Below are positions 1-11,545 of a DNA stretch of 64,000 nt, piece by piece; the stretch's first letter is position 1, and every line of letters begins with the position of its first letter. Made by a program: the position numbers and the translations under genes. The stretch spans positions 11,842,001 to 11,906,000 of the forward strand of contig OZ281495.1 in NCBI GenBank assembly GCA_965637545.1. Direction: 5' to 3'. Source of the stretch: Phallusia mammillata. Lineage: Eukaryota. The notes beneath the pieces are model-generated. The model saw only the letters and a program-made list of their open reading frames with translations, searched no databases and was not told where the DNA came from.

Positions 1-91
1 AACCAATAAAAAAACTAGATTTTGCAGTTCTAATTTCACAAAACAGGTCAGTTATCCAAAAAGCAAAATTTATCGACATTCATTTTCTCAG

Positions 92-1458
92 GTGTGGTAT
101 TTTCGGCGTTTGAATCTTCACACAAACCTGTACAACCTTCTGCTCGAGTCGCAACTGCTTCGTGCGCAATCCAACGTTTCCAATAAAACGAAGGGCGTCG
201 TCACTTTCCATCTGATGTGGGATAACATCAAGTTACACGGGGATGCAGAAAAGTCGCCCCTTTACTTTGTTTGGCACCAACGTAAGTCCTTGTGCTTTAT
301 TAGACCAATTGTAACTGCAAAAAAATCGTTTAACCTTGCAGAATTTAGACTAGTTTTCGCCACAGTTGCTTTTCCAAAAGATCATAGACACAGTTTTAAA
401 ATGTAAAAAATAACGCAACTTGACTATTGTGATGTCATATGTAAAGTAGCGTCCTGAAACCCAAGCATTTACGTAAGATATTCCGTTTAGCATTCCATTT
501 TTTTTGTTTTAGAACTTGCGATTTTGCCAATCATTAACGAGTGTTTTATATAACTTACTACACCAATTGGACAAACACTGCATAAAATTGTTTTAACCCG
601 ATGCTATTTCAGAGCGTCCACTTACCTAAGCCTAATCGTTTCACTTGTTTAGTGGCAAACAACAGCGCTATGGATTCCTACCCACATTACTCAGTGTCGT
701 TCCTCGAGAACATCCGGGACAGTATAATGCAAGATGATGTACGAAGTCCGCTGGTGGCAGTCATACACGAACTGAACGCACAGAGTGGAATCCGAAGGAG
801 CGCCTACAGGGAGATCCTGTACATGGTGATCGTTGCACTCGGCAAAGAGTCCATTGATGTTGGTCAGTATCTACAGCATTTATCGTTGTTTTGGGGCCGG
901 GAGTTTGTGTTTTTGTTAGTGTAACTCGATGTCAAATATGCAGTAAACCTCGGTTGAATCCGATTCGATTAATCCGGGTATTCGCCCAATTCGGTCAAAG
1001 CTCGAGGTACAAATGATTTGTAATGTTGTAAGGCTTAAACTATTCGACATCGATCAATCTGGATCTCCGCCTAAACCGGACAATTTGTTTGGTCTAAACG
1101 GGTCCGGATTAACCGTGGTTCACTACATTTGTTGCATTTTTTATGCAAAGAGTAATTTAATATGACCAAAAAATAAAATTACAGTTGGCTAAAGAAACCT
1201 CTGTCCCCAAAATTAGGTTCTCGAACCTTTGGGTAGTTAAATGTTAGGTTGTAGCAGTTACAAGCAACCGTACCACATTTGTATTAAAATCAACCAACGT
1301 AAAAATAATTTTCAGCCGCCTTTGATCGGGAATACATCCGTGCGTACGAGGCCCTATCACCTTCGGAGCGAGCTCAGGCAAAAAAATGCGACCGTCCTCC
1401 GAGCGAACACGCGATGAGCTGTCGAAACATCTTCGGCGAGTTAGATCTCTACGAATGA
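92..1458 (+). CDS. DENND4: 3' end of a DENND4-family Rab GEF (C-myc promoter-binding protein-like); last three exons 92-281, 653-862, 1316-1458; gene starts upstream of the window
   Basis: The spliced translation VWYFRRLNL...FHLMWDNIKLH...SPLYFVWHQ / ...RRSAYREILYMVIVALGKESIDV / AAFDREYIRAYEAL...CRNIFGELDLYE* matches the DENND4 C-terminus as recalled ([48 protein letters not shown]). GT-AG junctions are phase-consistent. Confidence 0.87.
941..1125. mobile_element. Degenerate MITE (Tc1/pogo-like TIRs) in the last DENND4 intron
   Basis: CAGTAAACCTCGGTTGAATCCG at 941 is an imperfect inverted repeat of CGGATTAACCGTGGTTCACTA ending at 1125. No clean TA TSD. Confidence 0.45.
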
Positions 1459-2808
1459 TCCTTAACGGTGCTGAACATGCCAATTTAGCAAAGCTTGCAG
1501 TTAAAAGGAGTTCAAATGCTGATGGTTAGACAACCCAAGTGGAGCCAATCGTCACTGTGACGTACCTGGTGCTATTTCGCTGCGTCATGTTTTTTTTGTG
1601 TTTTTCATGTGCCAGTCATGGTCCATGCATTATCGCCGCGATTTGTTTTTAGATGCTAGTAACTATATTTGTGCATTCGTCCCATTTTTTGTCAATTTCT
1701 CGCTTATCTGAGCCGATTTTACAGTACCGCTTATATGCATTAACCCTTGAGCATCCATGCAGGGTGATTTATTGCCAGTCATTAACCGAAATTGCGCCGA
1801 CGCATATGATCAAGTGCACAGACTGCCAGCTAACTGCCCTGTTTTTCTGCTCTGGGTGTCGCAACAGCCATACTGTACCCCATAAAACATCTTTGCAGTT
1901 TTTTTTTAAGTATTTAAATGTTGCACAATGAAAACACCTTGAGAAAAATTGGTTTCGTCAAATTGAAATCTAACATGTGATCAAAAATGTAAAACTACAA
2001 TTGATTATGTAAACCGTTATTTGCTTCTAAAGTGTCTTTTTTGACCCTAACCAACATTACAGTAAAAACTAATCCAAAACGTTTTGTTTTTGTGTTGACT
2101 AAATAATTGCCTGGCGATTGATTGAATTTGTGTACTTTTCAATGCTGTATGGTGTAAAAATGCTGGTTAGTTTTTCTTCCTATCAATCGCAAAAAACAAG
2201 GGCCTTGACTGGCCATTGCTTTGCTTTATCATCTGTTCGCCACGCTGCTTTACATTTTTTAACAAATAAACCTGGAGGAATAGTGTGTCTGTGTGTACCA
2301 TATTTTTTGTTGTACCTGCAGGTAGAACTGTGATGCAAATGATTACTGCTTGTGATTTAAATCAGGTAAAAAAGAGACCTGCAGTTATTATTTGACAATG
2401 TATGTAAAACTAGATTAAGCCTCTGAAAATAATTTGTGAAGACTGCAAATGATCAAGGTAATTTCATCTCGGTAAATACATTGCCATATTTTTATCGTGG
2501 TAATTCTTGCCGAGCAATTCCACTGCTTAATGTTTTATTGTGTAAATCACCCAGGAAACACAGACACCGTCTTTGGGAACCATATACTGGTCATGTAAGT
2601 GTGTACACAAATAGTGGGTTAGCACTAGAAATCTTTGTTATCAATTGGATCACTCTATTTCAGTACAATTTCTGATTTTTCTTAGTCCTCTTCATGATCC
2701 TTTATCAATATTTGGGTCATGCCCTGAAATAAAATGCCCAATTTTAATATTTGAGATAGATAGAAACAAAAATTGTAACGACCTTCCAATGTGATGGCAA
2801 TTCTTAGA

Positions 2809-3582
2809 TTAAATTTTTCGAAGATCAAGTTTTGCAATGTTGCATAGTTCCAATAAAAGATCATCACTAAATGACTTCAACTGGTTACCACACAACAACA
2901 AAACATAGAGCTGAGTTGCTCCTGTAGCAAAAAAAGAAAAAGTATCGTGGAACAGAGAAAAGAGTGAAATAATATTTATCCGCAACAATATACCTGAAAG
3001 CGTAGTTGGCATCACATCAATTTTATTGTAATTTAGGTTTAAGAACTTTAGCTGCTGTAATTGGCCAACATTTGGAAATACAGAAAATTCATTCTCACAG
3101 CAGTTCAGCCAGTTTAGGTTTCTTAACGAAAGAAACTCTTTTGGCAAAGTTTGTAGTTTGTTTTTCTTCAAACCGACATGCTGCAGTGCTATTAGATTGC
3201 CAACCTCTTTTGGTAGTTCAAAGAGTTGACATTCATTCAACCATAAATGTTTGAGGCAGCATAGATCGCCAATCTCGGGAGGAAGGACCCCAATGTTGTT
3301 TTTACTTATACTTAAAATCTTCAATGCTTTAAATCGACCAAAATCAGCAGGAAATACTGTCAAATTGTTGTCGTCTAATATCAACTCAGTAACAGTATTA
3401 GACAATGAAAGCAGCTCAACAGGTGGAAATAACAACTTGTTATTGTTTAGAAGGACAACTTTTATCCACTTTAATAATTTAATTTTGGGGGGCAGAATTC
3501 TAAGTTGTCTATGGCTCAAATTGATGCAAATCTGATGTTTGTTGATGTTGTCATTTATAATCGCTTCCACAAACTCATCCAT
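2809..3582 (-). CDS. Leucine-rich-repeat protein (about 9-10 LRRs); exons 3582-2994 and 2921-2809; C-terminus possibly truncated
   Basis: Repeated LxxLxLxxNxLxxLP units (e.g. LKHLWLNECQLFELP, LQHVGLKKNKLQTLP). A 72-nt GT-AG intron (2993-2922) with a pyrimidine tract is in frame and stop-free. Confidence 0.85.
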   Translation of the reverse strand: MDEFVEAIINDNINKHQICINLSHRQLRILPPKIKLLKWIKVVLLNNNKLLFPPVELLSLSNTVTELILDDNNLTVFPADFGRFKALKILSISKNNIGVLPPEIGDLCCLKHLWLNECQLFELPKEVGNLIALQHVGLKKNKLQTLPKEFLSLRNLNWLNCCENEFSVFPNVGQLQQLKFLNLNYNKIDVMPTTLSGILLRINIISLFSLFHDTFSFFATGATQLYVLLLCGNQLKSFSDDLLLELCNIAKLDLRKI

Positions 3583-4096
3583 CTATCTTCACAGTCTAAT
3601 ATACTCAACAGTTATATAGGTCATTTTGGTTAAAAACTATAGGTAATCATCTAAAAATTTTGCTTGCAAACTAAAAATTTCGAATGACAGAAATTTCCAA
3701 ATTATCACACATATCACAAAAAGTTTAAACTGTTCACCAAACTACGGCTGGGAGGCCATTTCATTCCGCCCCCGACCACATTTTTTGGTTTGCTAAATCA
3801 TATCGATAACTTTGTAACATTTAAAAATTAATCTACTCATACGTAAGTTTCCCTGCGAAATGTAGAATTGATATTACCTAGTTTCATACGATTACAATGC
3901 CAATGATTAATACAAAGCCAGTTTGCTACCTCACAGACAAGAATTGTGCGCAAGCAATTGCTTTTATAATATACAAGTGTTGCTCGTAAGATGAACTTAA
4001 CTATACGGTTTAAAAGTCACTTCACCAGATTTTGAATAGGATTGTATAGCGCCCATAAAAAAATCGCCTCGCTGGCTAAGTTTGGAAAGACGGTAC

Positions 4097-4173
4097 TAGG
4101 GCATGTGAACTATGCGGCCCGCATGAATCATTGTTAAACTTATCCGGCCCGCATAAAAGTTTGGTGAACCCTG
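4097..4173. mobile_element. Short remnant of a hAT/Charlie-type MITE
   Basis: Contains GCGGCCCGC / CCGGCCCGC motifs and an AAAGTTTGGTGAACCCTG end, like the MITE at 53941. Confidence 0.3.
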
Positions 4174-4299
4174 TCCTTGGCTGTAAGAAAACTATGCACA
4201 AACATAATGAATGCATTTGCACTAGCTCTGAAGCTTTGTCATTTGTGGTAATGCAGCAGAAGTGCTTGCTTTTGTATTGTTTGTTTTTTTTGTAGTTAG

Positions 4300-4440
4300 T
4301 GCCGTCAATAGTGGTTAGCGTAACCGCCTTTTGGTTTACAAGCTTGTGGCTAGTGGGTTCTAAGTTCTAACCCTGTTTTGGTCAATTATTTTTCCCTGAG
4401 CAAGACGTTTAACTAGCGCTGCTTGAACCTTGTGGACCAT
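4300..4440 (+). mobile_element. tRNA-derived SINE head (degenerate)
   Basis: A-box-like TAGTGGTTAGCG and B-box-like GGGTTC, followed by TTCCCTGAGCAAGACGTTTAAC, a core shared with the copies at 8.3 kb and 30.2 kb. Confidence 0.35.
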
Positions 4441-5135
4441 TATGATTGCAATACCCCTGTTCGCATCCGATCTGGTGGTAGGTTTAAATACTAGAACAAC
4501 ACTGATCGATTAACAACAATAACAAAAACCGAGAAAACTCTACATAATGGTTTTGTAAATGATATTTTGCAAACAATTCCGAACTTTTTTCTTATCTTAT
4601 TTTTGTTGATGTTAATTGTCATGGTAGAAACACTATATTTTGCTAAGTAGGAAAACACGTTTCCCACAAACAAATTATTATCGATCCGAAAATTTGGAAT
4701 TTATATTTCGCCTGAAGCATTTTCATTGCTAGATGTCTAGTTGAATAAGGAACTGACGGTATGTGGATTTGACCACACATGAATACCACACAGGGTTAAC
4801 GCCAACTTGTCCTGCACAAAACTCAGTTATTGTTTCTGTAAACATATTGTGACGTCATTGGTACTTTTCCCAGCGGGTGCTTTCCTTAATTTATTTACGT
4901 GTCGTTAGTGCATGGACAGCAAAGATTTTGATCAGTGGTTCTAAATTACTTTTTCAGTGCTAATGTCAAACATTTTTCTGTGCTAATGAAAAAAAAATGT
5001 TTTACATCATGTTTATTCTATAGCATAGGTTGTCATATAAAGACTAAAATAAAAAAATGAGTAAAAACTCTAGTTTTCCTAAAACTTAACTTATTTCTAT
5101 TCTAAATAGTTCTATTAAGTGGAAAAAGAACAAAT

Positions 5136-8100
5136 ATGGGTAGGATCAGCAACATAGTGATTGCTATTGCAAATGGACGGGATACATTTCAACCTGGCAA
5201 GTTTGTAGAAGGGAATGTTTTGATCAAAATTACGAAAGCGGTCAAAATTTGCAGTAAGGTTTTACCAAAATATCAGTCTTAACTGATTTATCACATGTTT
5301 ACTTGTTTGCAGAAATAATTATCAGAATGGTGGGAAAGTGCAAGACAAAATGGAAAACAGGATCTGGTGACAATGAAAAGTCATACAAGGGAAAAGAACT
5401 ATATTGCAATTTAGATACTGTTCTTTGGGGCTCAGGTTTGTTCGGTTATCATTTAAGAAATTGTGGTGTATATTTTGGGAGATAATTTACCTGTTTAGGA
5501 ATGTGTTGTTTATGGTCTTCTGCTATTGCCCACTGATTGTACCACAAAGTTTAATTGCATATAACGGGTGGTACTATAGTACTATAGTATTTATAAATAC
5601 TGGATGTGACCGCATGTGACCACATGTGATTGCATGTTACCGCATGTGACCACATGATATTCCGCTTAAAATACTGCATTGTATGTGAAATGTGGAAATA
5701 CAAGCCCAACAAGGGTAAAATAAACCAGTTTATAGTGTTATTTTATTTATAAACTCTTACCCAACCCGAATAGCTCTAACCGTTAGCACTTTCAAAAGTC
5801 CGCAAAATTATACTTTCGTAAAAGCATATTCGAGTTCTTTACAACTTCCCGTTTTGTGATAACATGCGGTATACCATGAGGTAACATGCGCTATCATGCG
5901 GTAACATGTGGTAGCATGCGGTGCTTATGACCAGGGTTGCCATTGACATGGACCCCAAAATAAGGACAACTGAAAAATTTAATTTTTGTAATAAATGAGA
6001 CAAACATTTTAAACAAATTTTTGCATTTATATGTGCCATGACATATCACATGTCATATATAGTGCCTACTGAGTACTTGCAGTGTTAACTTTAACATATC
6101 CTTATGATTAATTCTTACAATAATGTCATATATATACAGCATCATTTCCTCAAAACAATTTACAATACAGATTCTTCAAATAATTTTCCGCATCCTCCAT
6201 GATCGACTTGATATCAGTTCAAGATTAACCAGTCGATTGTGATCAACGATCATGTATTAATTGTAGCCCACAACCCTGTATATGCGGTGTATATATTTTG
6301 TCATCCACTGGTCATCAGTTTTGCTTTTATGGTGCAGATCAGCAAGAAACACAAATGGCAGCTGGTGACTTCAGCAAACCATTTCGTTTTCGGTTACCTC
6401 GTGACTGTCCATCAACTTTTAGCAGTAAGTTTTTGTCATGTACATTTTAAGCCATGTGAGTGCCATGATAAATCATTCCACATTTAAGCCAGAACCACAT
6501 AGTATAATGACTTGATAAAGCAGATAGAGTTTAAAGTGCTTTCAATGATGTAATAGCAAATTTCTTTACTGTATTTGCAAGTTGCAATGAAAATATATAT
6601 ATTGCCTGTGTTTTCTTTTTGCAGCTAAACATGGTGATGTGTGGTATGTACTTGAAGTAGTGTGCACTTTCCCTGGCATTATGTCAGTAGACCAAGAACA
6701 TACTTTGCCTATTCGAGTATATGACAATGTTAACCTATCAGCTGACCCCCAAACAGCAGAAGTAAGTATGTTTTTTGTACTTTAATGATGATACTGTTTT
6801 AAATTTTTTGTTTAGTTGGTATGTAGACCTCTTCAAATAAAAGATGAACAAAAAGAGGATTCATGTTGCTGCAGCGATGTTTCTGTTACCACAGATGTGA
6901 CGTTGGATAAGAGCGCCTATGCCCCAGGGGATACTATAATTTTAAATGGATACATAGAAAATGGGTGGTATGTACTACAAATATATCATTTTGTGTTTCA
7001 CTTCTTCATCTTGATTAAAAAATCAATTTAATCTGTTTTTTTTTCTCTATTGGAGAAAGAGCCAGCAAAGTTTTCACTTATTTCCTATGTTGTTAGCTCT
7101 TCGCCTATGCCATACACAATTGTGTTAAAGCAACAAGTGATTTGCTATGGCACACGCTCTGATTTTTCCTTTACCTCCTCTGGAAACCTAAAAAGCAAGG
7201 AGAAAACGGAAGAAGTGGTATCATGGAAGGGGCAAAAAATTCCCACTCGATCCAGAAAAGTTTTCCAAAATGAGGAGACAATGAAAATACCAGACATTGT
7301 GGCATCAGATCTTCGAAATTGCAGACTCATTACAGTTGGATACTATCTAAAAGTAAGTGTAGATTTTTGTTCTTTGTTCTTAGGTGATATATTGTCTCCA
7401 CATTACCAGAGTATTTCTCAAGTAAATTGTGCAGTAATTGTGTTGATAATGAAATATATGGCTGATACTAGTACATATTTTACAAGATAATCATGTGAAA
7501 AAGTTAACAAAAATCATGAAACTGTTTTACTGTTCGAATGCTTCATACGTAACATATTTTTTTTTAAACGGCAATAATGATTAAAGTGCATGATCTAGTA
7601 CTTTTTTTTTATATACTTTTTTGGTTGGTACATTGTAAAGTGTTTCAAAGAATTTTTGTAACTTTTAATTGGATTTACCCATTTCCACTTCGTAAGCCCC
7701 AAAATATTTGATTTTGGCTGTCTTTAATACCTTTTTATTATCAATTGAATACTATTGATTGTGCTGTATGCTTTTTTAAGATAAAAGGAATTATGCCAGG
7801 CTCCTGTTGCGATTTGACATTTGAGTTGAAGAAAGTTCCCATAGTGATCGGTGGTCGTCCAAGATTCCAAGGTCCTAACTCCAGTGTTCCTCCAACTGCT
7901 CCGTCTTTGGGTAAATGATCATTTTTTTAAATGGGAGGTTATTGAATGTCCCTTAGTTTGTTTTTAACTGTTTATTTTTACTTTGTTGCAGCTTTGCTTT
8001 ATGCCATTTATTGTTGCAGTGGTTCTTAATCTTTTTGATTCTCTTAACCCAAAATGTGTGATGAAGTGTACCCTTTTAACACTTGACAAAAACAAATCAA

Positions 8101-8805
8101 TTTAATAATTGTTTCCAACCTCCACCAGGAAAATTTACTTTCTCATAAATAAATTTAATAGGCAATTGTTTTAAAACCGTTTATAATATCCCCATACCTT
8201 GGTGCTTTGTACCCTCTGGTGGTACTTGTTATCCTTTTAAAGAATCCCTGTAATAATGACTTTGACCAAATGGTTAGTGCAAACACCTTGTGTATTTTGG
8301 CTGCTTGTGTTTCCCTCAGCAAGCATTCTCGAGCTTGCGAACTCGAGCGGCATTGCTCCAACCCAGTGCTACTTGATAGGTTGAACTATTTTCTGGGTAC
8401 AAGTCGAAAAAATCAAATAAAAATTGATTTAACAAACTTACAATAAAACAGGCAACTTGGCGGCGGACTCTTTGTAAGCATAAAACATTCAGGTGTTGCC
8501 TGCCCACCGAGGATAAAAAGGAAACAAACAAACTACAATTTACTTTCCTTGGTGTGACATCTGTCTAAAAAAAATTTCGCTGTTCAGATCTCCCATCATA
8601 TAATACACTTGAACCATCTGCCCCAACACCTGGAGATATAGTTGAAGTAAAGATCAATGATACAGAACCACCTCCACCAAGCTATGAAGACTCTGTAGGA
8701 AATGTGGCTTACACTGCTCCATCTCAACAAGAGATAACTCGAGATAACGTACCATCACAAACTACTTACTATGATTGGAGCCAATCAGCATTTACCTACA
8801 ATTAA
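5136..8805 (+). CDS. Alpha-arrestin (ARRDC/TXNIP family); exons 5136-5253, 5313-5435, 6338-6424, 6625-6761, 6816-~6967, 7097-7352, 7781-7910, 8588-8805
   Basis: Arrestin-N motifs (FQPGKFVEGNV, GKCKTKW, PFRFRLPRDCPSTF, HGDVWYVLE) and arrestin-C motifs (LDKSAYAPGDTI, IPDIVASDLRNCRLITVGYYLK, VPIVIG). The tail carries LPSY and PPPSY WW-binding motifs. All junctions are phase-consistent. Confidence 0.88.
5604..5930. repeat. Intronic element: two inverted arrays of a ~10-bp CATG(T/C)(G/T)ACC(G/A) unit
   Basis: 5604-5660 (gaccgcatgt gaccacatgt ...) is the reverse complement of 5860-5930 (aacatgcggt ... aacatgtggt). The central part contains CCCAACCCGAATAGCTCTAACC. Confidence 0.55.
8255..8533 (+). 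mobile_element. tRNA-derived SINE (Cics-1-like family)
   Basis: A-box-like TGACCAAATGGTTAGTGC, core GCGGCATTGCTCCAACCCAGTG, 3' end TTGCCTGCCCACCGAGGATAAA and a (CAAA)n tail. An inverted copy lies at 14.3 kb. Resemblance to Ciona Cics-1 is from memory. Confidence 0.6.
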
Positions 8806-9957
8806 TGGTGCTTTTATACCCATATGCATTTTTGTGCCAACGGTATATACAACTAGTTCATGCTTTTGTTTTTTCATATTTTTGGTTGGCCATGTCAGTT
8901 GAAAATTGCAACTTTAACCAATGATGCCTTTTGTTTTTGTAATTTTACAGTAGTAACCCTTCTTACATTGAAGAGAAGTAATTTTGAGTCTGTATCATAT
9001 TGCAAGGCATTTTTTACCTGTCTACTTTTTATTTCTTAACGAACCGAGTTTCAACTAAGTGAATGTGTTTAATTGTCCTGTTTTCTACTCTACTGCTGTA
9101 CATAAGTTACCTATCATGTCCATGACATCTACGCTTTGTACATCAACTTATTTGCTGCATGTTATCAGTGCATATCCCTTCATGTCAAACTATATTGCAT
9201 TTCACATGTGTTGCATTATATAATGTATGTTTTTACTGTAGCCTGAAGTGTTGCCTTTTTTGCAAGACTAAAGTGTTCTAGTTAAAACCTGTTTTTTTAA
9301 GATATGTAATGTAATGTCATCCATTTATCACTCTTCAAACTGCTATCCAGAAGGAAACTTCATTCAGTTATTATTCTGTTTTTATATGATTTACTAGTTT
9401 TAAAGTTCTCAAGGTTTGTATCATGACTGAATTTGTATTCTCGGTCTTCTTTCATCACTTGTGAATTTCACAACTGCCTCTTTGTATTTTAGGCTGTTTG
9501 TAACAAATTGTATTGCATTAATAAGTCTTTTTCTGAACCCAATAAACATCCTATGTTGTATTTTGATCCTATACTTAAAACATACTCATCATTTCACATG
9601 TGATTCCACACACCGTCTATCTTATTTATGTTTAGCGACATTTTTCACCCATTTTAGTACAGTTATTTTGACAATTCATTTTCACATTTAATTGTTTTAT
9701 TGTGATGCTTTCAGTTTCAATTGTATCATTGTAATCTTCGTAAATTTGTAACCAATTTCACCAAAACCTTAAGTTTATGATAAACTATTCATATGCCTAC
9801 GATTATTTTTCATTTTAATTCTCATTGTTTGCTCGAATTCCTGGTGCCAAAATTGTTTGCAGCTAGATATTTTATTTGTTTTTTTACAAGTAACCGTCAA
9901 CAGGAAGTTGCATGTCGGTGTCATTATATTTTCTCCATGACTTGCTTGTGTCTAAGT

Positions 9958-10488
9958 CAGGGGTGGGCAAACTTTTCAGTGCAAGGGTCGCATTCAAAGG
10001 TTTTTAATCTTATGGGGCCGCATAGTATTTTACCAATGGCTTGCTTGTTTTTTGTTTTAAAATAACTTGTGTAAAGAATGAGGTTTATATCATATATATA
10101 TATACCATTTTAAGTCGCCTAATGCTCAGATTGATAATTTCTAACTTGGTTCATTAGTTTAGCTGAATGGAGCTAACTGTTTATGACGTCATAAACTGTA
10201 TTGTGACGATTGCGCTGCCTGTTTTTCGCATTGTTTGCACACAATAAGCACATAAAAAGCCTGGCGCATATGGTCACTAGGCTGGTAATCTTTTTTCCAG
10301 TCTCACGAAATCTGTTTTTAGCAGTTTGAAAATCAAAATATTAGGCAATATAGTTTTAGTTACGTCACGGCCGCCAGTACATGTATTTTAACATACATGG
10401 CCACGACCGCACAAACTCGTCTCCGCGGCCGCACAAACTCGTCTCCGCGGCCGCCTGTCGCCTTACGGCCGCACGTTGTGTACCCCTG
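9958..10488. mobile_element. hAT/Charlie-type MITE
   Basis: TIR-like ends CAGGGGTGGGCAA ... TTGTGTACCCCTG and an internal tandem duplication of GCCGCACAAACTCGTCTCCGC. The flanks do not form a clean TSD. Confidence 0.6.
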
Positions 10489-11545
10489 ATTTAGCCCAAA
10501 ATATTAACATAGTATATTTTCAGCTAAGTGCAAATACGTTTGTTGTCACTTTAATGATTGTACACACATTGGTTGAAACGCTACAATTGAAATTGTTTTA
10601 AAAAATAAACAAGCATTTGTTTCAACATAGGCTACACCACGTTTTTTGTTAATAAATTCCTTGCGCTAACAATTAACAATGCGAGCCGCTTTTAGTAGCC
10701 TTGTTTAAATGTTGGTTTGCAAAGAACTGCAACGACCTATAAACTTGATCCAAAGTGACCAAAGTGTTGGCGTCAAATTTTGACAAATACACACTTGTAT
10801 AGGGATAGATTACTATATCAAGTAATTATGTACACGTGGCATAAATTATATGCAGCAGATTTGCGTCAACGATTTAATTCCCCGCACAGAAACACAACTA
10901 TGAACCAATTTGTCCGTTTAAAATACATTAAAACGGCAGAGGCTATGGAAACAACACTGTAACGTAAACATTGCAAATATCGTTAAAGTCGCTTGTTATA
11001 GACATTTGCATCGACTATTCTAACTTTCCTTCTTGGGGCATTATCGTTTTTCAGTCATCACGTTTTTCGAGATTTTTTTTTTAATTTTGCGGTACTTGTA
11101 GCAGAACCGGGTTTCAAACAAGTTTATGAGCAAAATGTGACAAATGTTAGGAGTTCGGCGAGCATACATATAAATGCATGTAGGTATCACTTTGTGTTTG
11201 AAAATAGGTGAGGTTTAGTTGATGTAAATGGAGTTTATAATGTGGCTTAACGGTTGCACGTTGCTGGTTATGCACGCCTGATTTGGGCGATCTTATTGCT
11301 ACTGATCTTTAACGAAATGTAACAAGCAGAGCAAACTACTGAACAAAGTGAGCTTTTGTTTATCACGACTGAATGCAAAATATAGGCGAACCCAGTGTAA
11401 TAAAAAGCTGTACATACGAATAAATAATTACATTGTTTAATTTTTAAGACCACAACCGAAGTAATTTCCCGTTAGGTACTTTCCCTCGATTTAGTTTCAG
11501 GCAATCTTTGACAGTTCCCGTTTTATTTGGACAAAGAAATTTAAA

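Noticed and set aside
11100-11250. Small gene upstream of ASL (AEPGFKQVYEQNVTNVRSS...)
   Set aside because: No start exon, homology or consistent downstream frame could be established.
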